Positions 25,703-37,941 of a DNA stretch of 64,000 nucleotides are shown here, in pieces. Positions within the stretch are counted from its first letter, which is position 1. Each line of letters opens with the position of its first letter. Location: assembly GCF_964204865.1 (NCBI RefSeq), contig NC_135252.1:13702001-13766000 (forward strand), written 5' to 3'. Made by a program: the position numbers and the translations under genes. Under the pieces are notes generated by a model that had not been told where the DNA came from, made no database searches, and saw only the letters and a list, made by a program, of their open reading frames with translations. The stretch comes from Styela clava (Eukaryota).

Positions 25703-28700
25703 ATGGCAAGTAAAAGTACAACAAATTTAAGCAGTTTACATAGTGTTGGAGTTTTGTGCAATCTGGATGATCTAAGGAAACATGAAAACTTATGTGATGT
25801 CAGTTTGTGTGTCGGCGGATGTCAACTGTCTGCTCATAAAGTTGTTCTCTCAGCATGTTCACCATACTTCAAGGCTATGTTCACTCAGGTAATTTCTGAA
25901 GTGCTTGAAAAAACCTACTTCTAACATACCAATGGCAATGACTTTTTCAAAAATTTTATAGGTAGAATTTTACTCAAATTTTCGGACAGTATTTATTTTC
26001 ACTAAAATTTTTTTTTTGAATATTCCGTCTTTGAAATAAAGATATTGGACTGAAGCAATTTATATGCCCTGGTAAGTTAGTAACTTTAAGTGAAACTTCA
26101 TACAAGAATGGACCATTGGATGGACCCATGTTTAAAAAAAAATTATTGATCAACAAAATAATAAGATGAACTTCTATTTGGTTTCGGGGAATTATTTAGT
26201 AGCTTAAAATTAAATTTATTGTAAGAAGATGTTTTATGAATTTGGATGGTAAATTGATGTCGATTCAATTTTTGCAGATGAAATGTCAAGGGTGGCAAAG
26301 GTCATTGGAAGAAGAATTTTTGTCTATGATTTTTAAATATGTAATATTTTTTCGGGGGTTTTTAGTGACTGTCACAATGGCTTTTTAGCTTATCTATATT
26401 ACAATATTGGGGGCTCCCGAAATATGCGAACCAAGATGGCGGACATCGGAATGTAATATGTGTACTAGGTTAGGGTTAGGCCATAATTTTAGATATAAAT
26501 ACTACGGGAGGCTCTTGGCTACTCTTCGAACTGATAATAGGACTAAAATAAGGAAAATTGGAAAAAAATTATCGCCTAACCCTAACCTGTTACCCATGTT
26601 ATGTTCCGATGTCCGCCATCTTGGTTCGCATACTTCGGGAGCACCCAATATTGTTTATTTACATTTTGTTAATTGCACAGGACATGGCAGAAAAAAATCA
26701 ATCATACGTTACTTTTCACTGTGTAAATGTCGATGCAATGGAAATGATTATTGATTTTGCCTACACTGGCAAACTACAGGTATTAATATTAGTTTTATTT
26801 ATCGCACTTTTCAATCTGTATCTTTGAAATCACTTCTAGTATCAAAAAAATTTTTTTAAAACAAATTTATATATATATATATATCGTATTTTACGGACCA
26901 TACGGCGCATCATATCATAAGGCACACTGTCAATCAATTGCTCAGATTGAGTTTATATTCACGCATAAGGCGCATTAGGGTGTAAGACGCGACAGCTTTT
27001 AAAGCAATCATGCTACTGTTTTTTCAGTATATGCAATAAAGCACTACCTTATTAATACACTTCATGCACCTACCTGCTCATAGGGCGCACAATCAGTTTT
27101 TGAGAGAGAAAAAAAGACTTAAAATGCGACCCATGATGTGTGACATACAGTTTATATATATATATGAGGAAACATGTTCTTCTGAACACTTGCTCTTCTG
27201 AGCTGGAATTTCAGTGATTGTTCAGTAAATTTGCTCAGAGATAAGTCCTGTGGGGACTGATTGTGTGAATTTTGAGATCTGTCATTATTCATGGCAACAC
27301 ATTATCTTCTTCAATCTTGCTTCACTATTGCACCATCTTAAACAACTTCTAGGGATAAGTTTTTTATATTATATAAAATCAACACAACATTAGAATGTAC
27401 ATCCAAAAAATTAAATTATTAAACGTCATCGAGTTATTTTCGAATGATATCCAGATGATTTCTTATATATACGTACTATATAACTTTCTGGCAATGGGCT
27501 GAATCGCATCTACGAGTTTTAATTCACATAATCCTTTATTAGAGAGGATTAGTTGAATAGCTGTTCCTTACGAATATTGAATTGAATGGGGATTAGGCTT
27601 GTCTGAGGCTGTCAGATCAACACGATCAATATTAGAAATTGAATAAATACAATATTGATCATGAATAGAGATAATATAACTGAATAGCTACATACACTCG
27701 GTGTTCTGGTATTACCTTTTCTTCATAAATCATGGTGTTGTTAATGTTAAGGCAAAATTTTCAGATAAAAAAGGAAATCAAATTTGAAATGACACCTGAA
27801 AAGATTTATTGAAATGCATCTATTTCATTTAAAAAAATTCATGTATTGAATAACATCCTTGTATGAATATATATACCGTATATACCTTGGATAACTTATG
27901 ATTTGAATTTTTGTTTATTGTGAAATCATTTTGCAGGTGACAGCGTCCAATGTTCAGAGCCTTGTTCCTGCAGCTTGTTTATTTCAAATGCATCTTATTA
28001 TTGATGAATGTTGCCAGTTTTTGGAATCACAATTGCATGTCAACAATTGCATTGGAATATGGAGATTTGCTTATGATTATGGTTTAATTGAGTTGACTCA
28101 AGTATGTTCAAAATATAAAACTAATGAAATTGCTTATAGACGAGAATGTCCAGAATGAATAAAATACATCTGACATCTGAGTCTATCTGATATGAATTAT
28201 ACTCCATATTTGAAATTCTTGAATTTTGGAATTATATAATATATTTTCATTAGAGAAATTATCATTTTGAACAATTAAAGTCTCACACTATGATAAAAAA
28301 TGCCTCCATTTGGTTCTCAAAAAAAACATAAAACCAACAAATTCATTATCTTAACTTCTCCTGCATTCCTGAATTCAAACTCATATCCATTATTAAACAC
28401 GACCCAATTTAGAACATATGAGATATTTCGTATTCGAAAACATTAATTAGAAAGCATTTATGATAGTGAATTGTTTCATTTTGGCTATGGGTTAGTATCA
28501 ATTTTTCATCTTCTGTTTTTATTTTAGGTTTTGTTTAAATTCATCAATCAGAACTTTGAAGAAATATCAAAACTGGATGAAATACATGATCTTCCAGTTA
28601 AATATTTGATCAAAATTTTATCATCTGATGATTTGAATGTTTCTTCAGAAGAATCGGTGAGTCAATGGATGATTAATATAAGCTGAGCTGTAGAGTTGTG

Positions 28701-31700
28701 GAGAATTGATAACAGTCTGAATTTCTAATTCCAAAAACTTTGACTCTGACTCTCAGCATGCCAGACTCCTCAGTTTTGCTTCTGGTGCATTTTAATGGGG
28801 CATCACAAATTGAAGATATCTTGTTCTAGTATTAGCCCAAGGAATCATAAATTTTGTATGACTGGTGGTGTTTTCATATGATTAAAATTGTCAACTTTCA
28901 AGCAAGCTTAGCTCTCGATCTTTGGTCTACTGATTATGAAGATAACACTTAAATATTATGAAACTCTAATTGGGAACACTGTTTTCCCATATTTTAGTAA
29001 GATATTTGAAAACTCTGATTGATTCTTGATTGATTGATATTTACATTAATCCTACAAATACATAATTATGCAACACTGTGTATTTCAGAAATAAATATGT
29101 TCCAAAATTTTCATCTTCTTTCAGGTATTTCAAATCCTGGAATCTTGGATCATGTGGGATGTGGAAGCAAGAAAAATTAATTTACCGAGATTATTAAAAT
29201 GTGTCAGATTATCTTTGTTAAGTGCAACATATTTGAGAAGATCGTCACTGTTGAATTCTTTAATTTCTTACAATTCGTTAGCATGGGATATTATGCATTC
29301 TTCAGTGCAGGTAACCATGCTTTCTCCTGGTATTTCAGGATAAGATTTTCATATCTATCCCGAGGAAGGGAAAAGCCCTACTCATATGCTTGACCACATC
29401 TTATCGTCCGCTCTCATGTAAATGTTGGGTATGGGAAAAGATATTTGTTTCATTCAGATGCATGAACTTGATAGAGGGGACAGCCGCTACAGACCAGTGG
29501 CTCTCAGCCTATGGCAGTGAGCAATCTTTTTGTACATAATTATTTTTCCTGAAATTCGGAACTGTGAACATGTGCAGTAATCAGAGATGCAATGACAAGC
29601 ATGTTTTGCCAACAGCCGAGCCAGTAGAATTTTATCGTTTGTTTTCACTTATTATTTTAGTAATGTATCACTGACTTCTTAAAATAACCGGTAGGTAAAA
29701 TTCTAAAGACTTTTCCTTGTTATAGTTAAATGTTAATTGAGTGAAATTTCCGTTAAATTCCGTGTCATGATTTGTATTACAATTATTCGACTAAATTTTA
29801 TATTCAACGAAGAATAATTTATGATTTGTTTTACGAAGGCATATATTTTTGCGTGAACACATATAATAAATTCTGTTTAACATCTGACATCTGTTTATCA
29901 TCTTAACATCTGCTCTGTCATTTTGAAGCACAATGCATTCGTTTGCTATTTCCGTGAACTATTTGAACCCACCTGCCATATTATATATTGTGTTAGTATT
30001 GATAATAATGAATTCAGGAAGTTCCGTGTTTGCTGACTAAATTTTGTAAATCAAATCCTTCAGCAAGCAATATGACAAGCACAAATTACTATGCTGCATT
30101 TTTGAAGTGCAGAAATTGTCAAAAAATATATATTGTAAACGCTCCCATCTCAGCTTAGTTTAGTTACTGTATTGCTTTACAGCAGTGGTTGGCAAAATGT
30201 ATGTACTACTGTGCCAAATATGCACATTGACGGTAGCAAGCGGGCCGGATTATTTTTTGCCTATATTATTGCATTAAACTTCCAATAATGACCCACCTGC
30301 AACTGCTGTTTCTGTGTTTCTTTGTTAAAGCAAACAAAATACAGTTTTCTATCATATGGTGCTCATATATAATCACCCAATTATGATTGTACTTACAGGG
30401 TGAACTAACTCTTGATCAACAGCATGTTCGGCCAAGGTGTGCACCCAAGTTACTTTGTGCAGTTGGAGGGAAGAACGGATTGTTTGCTACATTATCAAGG
30501 TCAGCTTTTATATAAATTTAATACAAAAGAAGTTCTGAAAATGACCAGGGGTTGGGCAGTATAATATATAAAATGTTTCACACGAAAATATTTTGTGAAT
30601 ATGAAACAATTTGTTATTCCAAATGACAGTGTTTGTTATTTGACCTATCAAAAACTTGAGTAATATCGAATATATTAAAATATTTGATGTTTTTGAGCGT
30701 AACTGGTTAGCGGCTAGCCGCCTATAAACTAGAAGCAGTAATTTGTAGCTTTGTTTGCACACTATGTATTACTAATATATGATGATTTGCCTATAACAAT
30801 GTATTCGGACATTGCAATCGTTCTAAAATTAGTCATTCGTAAAAATACTTAAGCATTAAAAACTCTTTGCATTTCAAAATATAGAATCTATTATACTAAT
30901 TTTAATTGGATTTATCAATATAGGGATAACGAAAACCAAATAAATAATTATTTCGAATGCGTTTTGAAATGATATTTCAGAATATGAAATTTTTGTATTG
31001 GCCAGTGCGCCTAATGTATGGTCTTATGCTTATGCCTACACTCCAGCAGGTACCAGTACCGGTTGCGTCTTATAGCTCGGTGAACATTATGTATGGATAA
31101 AACCCCAATCAATTATAACCTGCTGTGCTTTATGGTTTGTAAAATACGGTACTAAGCTGTAATTTAATAATTCGATCATTGTCTCCTGCTTAGGATGGCT
31201 TGCAAAATTCATGCTTTGTTTACATTCCCACCATAGACAGAACAAATAAGTTTGAAGTGAACAACACACACTATTCTATTATAATTAATATTTAATTTAT
31301 CATGAATTGTTTACTAATCAAACAATTGTAAAAATTTCGTGAACTTAGTAGTTTCGATTTTCTTCCCTGTATTTCTGAAATAGCTACCTAAGTTAGTCGA
31401 TTTCTGTTTGTGACATTGGTGTTTGATATTTCAATTTTTGCTGGATCAAGTGAATGTTCTACATTATACCAATTACAGCAACATGCTTATTATTCATTAC
31501 TTATTTCAAATGAGGCTTACAAAATGTCTCGCTCTATATTGTGTCCAAACGCTATTTCAGAACATTACCTGCTAGTTTCTTGCTTGTTAAAATAATTTCA
31601 ACAAAGTTTTTTTTCAAAATTTTTGCTTCCACTAGCTGTTGACTTGCACTCTTTCAAGTCGCAGCAAATGCAAGAAAAAATATTTTTGCAGGCTGTTTTG

Positions 31701-34700
31701 CACCTCACTTAATGCGAGGATCTGTACACTCAGCTACAAAAATCTTTAATAACCTCTTACACCAACATCATTGGAACCAACGCTGGGCATTCTTGACATA
31801 ATTTTTTGCTTGAGCACCTTGAGCTTTTCTTTTATCAACTTGTTCCAAAAATTTTATGATATTTGAGAGTGAGACATTCGGTATGTTTTTATTAGAGTCC
31901 GAGTCGAAATTCAAAGCGGATCAAGGTGATATCAAAGTCGAATTTTTCTGTAGAAATGCAAAATAAATTAAAAGGAGTAAGCGTTCCCGTCAGTCTATTA
32001 TGGAAAACTTTCATAACCCAATATGATTCCGAAATTTGATTATGTATTCAGTTTGGAAATCTACCTGCCAGCGAAAAATGAATGGAAATCAATGGCAGCC
32101 CTGCCTCAACCTCGATATGAATGTAGTGCTGTTGTTGCTGACAGAAAACTGTATGTCTTAGGTGGAATTGTCTGTGAACCATACAAGTAAGTTTTAAGAT
32201 TATATTTCATTTGCATTGTGTATGTGATATTATGTAAGAGTCCAAACACAAAGTGGCCGTAAGAAAACAGAATTTCTTAATTATTTCTACAAAAATGAAG
32301 AAAGTTTATTTAACACTTGAACTACTGTTTGTGTATAATTTCACAGAAAAAAATCCATTTGCTTTACATTCCCACTTGACTTATTTAACTCAGGGTAAGG
32401 TATTATCGGCCTAATATATTATATGGTATTGGCCGATTATATGCTTCATTAAGCGCAATCTCTCTCTCTAGACAACACTCAAACACAGTAGTAGTATGGG
32501 ATCCTGATAAAAACAATTGGATAAAATCAGTTGGGATGTTGAAAAGCAGAAGCAGTTTTGCAAGTGTTGTATTGAAAGGTTGGTAATATGGATGAAATTA
32601 TTTAACAGTTATGAAGGATGGCCAAAACTAAACCAAAACCTATTATTGCAAATACATTTCGATGGAGTATTTTTGAATATATGAATTATCAAATATATTC
32701 TAAATCAAGCCATGGTTAATTAAAAGAAAAATTTACACAAACTAGTAAATATTCTCAAAAAAGAGGGTCAAAAGAGTGCTTTCCCCATCAATTTTCATGA
32801 ATCAGCGTTCTCACACTGTGAATCTGAAATATCTCCTCTGGCCTTACTAGATTTATGTTAACGCATTTGTGTGTACATCACGAGCAAAAGCAATTACCGA
32901 TACCATCATGTGTAGTAACCCACTAAAACAAGGCACTTTGACGCATGCACCGGTGCACATTATTGGGGCATGAGGAAAAATGAGTGAAATAAAACCAATG
33001 AAAAATAGAGCGTACATTGGTGGTTAATTAACAAACAGAGAGGAGAAAGTTGCTCATTGGACTGTAACCCTTCCTTGTAGGGCTAAAAATTTGCCCAAAA
33101 TATATAATACCAATTTCAATTCAATATGTTTCGGACATCGCTGGCAACCAGTAGTCTATTTTTAGTTCCAAATGCTCATTAGTTGAATACCTGTATTAGT
33201 ATTAACAATATGCCTAGCACTGCACAATTGATTACACAATGCACTAGTTATGTAATGCATTAAGGTGCATGTGATTAATTATAAGTTGAAGCCTCCACTA
33301 TTGATCATCCGAAATTTTGAAGCCGGCTGGACATATTGGAAAGATCTTTTTCTATGACTGTCGTATTAGTGGCTTCTTGTCTCAAGGCTCAGTCATGAAG
33401 AAAGCTTGATTGAACATGTTATCAGATATCCCAATTTTTGTAATAATAATACTATCATTATTTAAAGGTGAAATCTATGTTCTCGGAGGATATGATGGGG
33501 AATCGTATCTCAAGCATGTGGAGAAGTTTTCTCCTAGGAAATCAACTTGGGAACGAGTAACCGACATGAAACAAACAAGGATTTGTTTTTCTGCCGCGGC
33601 ATTGCATGATTGTATTTATGCGATTGGAGGATATGGTCCTGCACACCAGGACAGGTTAGTTTGAATATCTACTTATTTGTTGTTTTCATCCCGATACAAG
33701 ATCCAGAGCTTGTCAGACTCAGGCCCTATTCCTATTCAAACTATGATCCTCTCGAAAAATGATCTTGAAACCTGATATTCTAACTCAATTCCTAATGATA
33801 TATTTCCTACTTCGCTTCAGTGTAGAGATGTACAACACAACAACAATGCATTGGCAGATGTTGAAACCGATGTTGAATAAAAGAATAAACTTTGGTGTCA
33901 CAGTATACCAAGATTCTATTTATGTTATGGGTGGACACAGTGGGACAGCTCATCTCAGGTCAATGGAAAAATATGACACAGAAAAAGAAGAGTGGGAATT
34001 ATGCAATTCAATGAGAAGGCCAAGAACAGGTTGGGTTGGATATTATTCTTTGTATCGTTCAAATAAATATTGGAGTGATTGGAATAATGCATGAAATAGT
34101 TATAGTTTGGCTGTTTTCATTGCCAGATTGAAATGATTAAAAAAATTGTTGTGGTTGTTTCAATAATGGTTTATGAGGATTGTATTATTTTCAATTAATT
34201 TATAATAATAGAAGGAGACTATATTTCAACATAATCAATTTGTTCCTATTTGACGCTTAATCAAGCCTTTCCGTTCAAACAAGATCCTGATATTGTAACG
34301 ATATGTAGGGGGCTAACTTTTTCATGAAAGGGGAAAAAATTCCACCACAAAAATAGACACTTTTACTTTGATATTTAGAATTAAATTACCATTCAGTAGG
34401 GAAAACAGCATCATTATTCATTGCTACTGCAATCAAAATTTAAGTATAGTGTCACAAATCAATTTAATTTATCAATAACTCTAGCAATTTTTAATAGGTT
34501 TGTGGTCCACCTAAAAATGTTTATGTGGCCCAGCCAGTGAACCATGGCCTATTGGTTGGGAACCCATGTGTTAGGCCATCGCACCCAATAGTAATCTTAG
34601 CAATGTCTCTCAATACTGAATGCACTATATATAAAATAAAACTCTATGCTAAATCAAAATATAAATACTCGTATTAAATGTAAAAATTCCAATTTTTAAA

Positions 34701-35092
34701 TCTCATTTCATCTCATACCTTCACTCTGGTCAGGACTGTGTACAAGCATACATAGATACTTCAAGAGCTCTACTATTTATGGGATGATTTGAATGTTTGT
34801 AGTCATTTTTTCTTTATAAACTAATGTGCAGTGTAATTGGGTAAATAACTTTGAGGTTTCAATTCTCTGTTTTATACTTTGTTTGTTTAATTGACAATAC
34901 TCAGTATAAAATACCATAATTATTTCAGGTATTGGTACCGCTGTAATAGATGGCAAATTCTATGTTGTCGGCGGACATTCGGGTCACGAATATCTTAACG
35001 ATGTAGAATGTTATGATCCGGGCGATAAAACATGGGAGAGATGTTCTGGGATGAATTCAGCTCGATGTGCTTTTGGTCTGGTGGCATTGTGA
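25703..35092 (+). CDS. KLHL28: Kelch-like protein 28 (BTB-BACK-6xKelch), about 555 aa, 11 exons
   Basis: Exons 25703-25888, 26681-26779, 27937-28101, 28528-28656, 29125-29310, 30399-30499, 32052-32186, 32472-32578, 33468-33654, 33821-34029, 34929-35092, all in phase. RPRCAPKLLCAVGGKNGLFA, GGYGPAH, KRINFGV and the final RCAFGLVAL match KLHL28 as recalled. Confidence 0.9.
26410..26645. mobile_element. Full-length hairpin MITE with TTAGGG and YY1-like motifs
   Basis: Long inverted arms (GGGGCTCCCGAAATATGCGAACCAAGATGGCGGAC...GGTTAGGGTTAGG / CCTAACCCTAACC...GTCCGCCATCTTGGTTCGCATACTTCGGGAGCACC); 8-bp TSD CAATATTG. Confidence 0.85.
26884..27150. mobile_element. pogo/Tigger-like MITE inserted in a (TA)n run
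   Basis: Starts TCGTATTTTACGGACCATACGGCGCA, has repeated TAAGGCGCA motifs and a degenerate right TIR, with TA repeats on both sides. Confidence 0.55.
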
Positions 35093-37941
35093 CATCATCA
35101 TGGCCTTAACAGTATTATTAGTCTCCAATGCTTACATGAGATATTCAGTTATCATTAATATTCAAGATGCAGTGCTTTAAGGCTATGTCTCTCTAAGAAT
35201 TTGAAGAGTGCCAATGGAGGACATGGAACTGAAATGCTAAGAACCTCTACGTAGTTTATTCCTTGAGACAAATATGTCAGGAAATATCGAGACTTGAAAC
35301 AATTCACGTCAGCACTAGTGAGGAAAAATTCATTTAAAAAAGCGAAGGTCTTAAGCGAAAAATATTAACATTCATAAAATTTCGATAACTAACAGAAACC
35401 CCTAGGCATGTATAGAACTCGCTCCGGACCTGGAGCCAGCATGTTGCATATATATTTTGAACAAGTACCTATATACTCTGTATTGATTACCTTTTCATTT
35501 TATTGGTTAATTGTTAATATGTATTCATTCTCTGTATGTTCATTGTAAAAAGAGATTATGTGAAATCTTAGTATTCACCAGGAATGTGGAGAATTCACTC
35601 TTGTATTGAGAGATTACTTGACGTCTAATGAATATTCATCGTGACTGTGAAGTCAGCATTTGCATGTTTATATTGACATTTTCAAACTCTCAAACTGGGA
35701 GCCAAAAGTAGAATTTAAATTTCTTTCAACTAGGAGTTGAAATGGATTCGTTTTCTAAATTTCCGAAAGTTTGGGAGTATGTTGTCGATCTTCCCCAGAC
35801 TTTGATATTCCCAGTCTTGGGCATTTAGTCGCATCACTCTAAGCAAGATGCTTGCTTAAGCCGTTACTACAGTATTCGAAGATGACATACCAATGCAGGA
35901 ATTCAATATTTTATCCCATATTTTTACATAAATGGATGTGTAAATCACTGGAGTTACAATATGAAAACAGATCAGTACAATATGCTATTGTAAATTTGTA
36001 CTTCATTAATTTGAACAAAAAATATTTTTCCATGTAATAAATCTCGCTGGGAACTTTGGCTGGGGAAAGCTAAATCCTTTTTATAAGTTCACTGGCGTTA
36101 TTTGGTCCATCTGTTCCAACTGACTAAATGTCCGATCTTTATTTTCAATAAAAAAATAAACACAAATCAGTAAGCTTTAATCTTTAGATGCATGTTTAAA
36201 ATTATTTTCCATCCCTATTACAACCATATCCAATTGTCAATAGTTCAGCGTCCATATTTGTACTTCTGTATATATATATATACTCATCACCTGTGTTCTT
36301 CAGACTTATTACTTTATATTTTGTTGCTGCAATATTTTTTTGAAATTTAAATAATGATATTGCCCAGATTATTGACTACCTAGTCGTACCATTTAAGTCT
36401 GCATATTTTGTGTAAAATAGACGTTTTTGGCGTGCTGACTTAAATGATATTTTTGCATTTCGAGTTTTGGGGACAGTTGCTGATGTAAATATATGAAATT
36501 ACTCTATGCATGAAATTATGCTCCTGTTATTATTTTAAAAACTCAGTGCGTATTATGAGATAATATTGCTTTTCCACTTATATACGTTTGATAGCTTAAT
36601 GTTTCATTCAACTGTGTAATAAATGCAAAATACTATATGTCTGGAGAATTATTATGACTGGCCTTGTATGTATTGGCATAAGGGTCTTATACCATCTGTG
36701 TTCCTCATTTTCGTTTCTCAAACAGCCAACAGAAACGCGCGCAATCGTTACAACTTGTTTATGATATAATTCCCAATTTGACATAATGTGTACCATATGC
36801 ACACGAAATTTGGAGGTTTACGTTGTCGAAAATAAGCGTTTTTTTATCTGTCGCGTGGATCCTAAAACAAAACTTAATTTTTCTTTTCGTTTTATTTGCA
36901 ATATTTTATAAAACTCTTTTCAGTATTAGTATTTACTCTCTTATTTTCAGTCGTAAGTTTGAGTTGCAGGTTCTTTTACAGTTGACGCACAGTGGCACAA
37001 GATGTGCAGCGAGATACCGTTATTGGCGACTTTTTCGGTTTTCCGAAAATTTTTAAGAGGGTGGGGGTGTTCAGCTGCTGATGAGGTGTAACATTTAGAG
37101 AATATTTATGTGAACGCGACTTAATTTTTTGCTCTTTTTCCACAACCATAAGTAATTATCTCTTTTTTGTCAGTTCAAATGATTCCTAATTTCTTTCGTA
37201 GTCAACTCCTACTAGGAATCACCGCTAACAAAACTTCGTGAGACAGTGCAGCGCTTATTTGTAATCAGCACTCTCGCAAAAATGAATCAAGTTTCGCGCC
37301 CTATTTGTTGCGCGATCTACAACACAACCTAAACGCGAGAAAGTGCATGAGCGATCGTTTTCGTTTGGCTTTGTAAAGGTACGCTCGATCTAGGTTATCA
37401 GGAAATTATGTGGCTAACAAGTTTCCTCTGTGTTTACAAGTATTAAGTAGTTTTGTCATTATACATCATTGGAACGATTACTTAAATTCGAGATCCCTCG
37501 TTCTACCAGGCCTTGTGTAGTAAACGTTTTGGTACGGGTAAATGAATACGGGGTTTATGAGAATTAGATAGTATTTTGAGGGGGAGTTTTAATGTACAAA
37601 GTTGAAGACGAAAGCGCAGAAAAACACAAACATTTATATAGTTTACATATATATATGTATGACCTATAACTCGGAGGTTATAGTATTGGAGTTGGAGTAA
37701 TAACTCATAAGGAAGTATTTAATTAAAATACTTATACCGGTAACCGCACGCGGTTAGGTGAATGCTCCGCTAAAATTATCCGCCATTGCTTATCGTGCGG
37801 TACTGTGGGGGTTCTTGCCTCACGAAGTTATTTCTAGGCTAAAAAAAATTCTCGTGAATTGTTGCTTAGTGTTTGCTATCAATTGAGTCTGTTTTCGGTA
37901 TTATTATTGGAAATTACGAACGTTCTTCCACTCGCCATCTT

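Noticed and set aside
26407-26754. Recurrent ORFs MCTRLGLG..FRYKYYG (also at 39819 and 53836) as a peptide family
   Set aside because: They are translations of the hairpin MITE copies.
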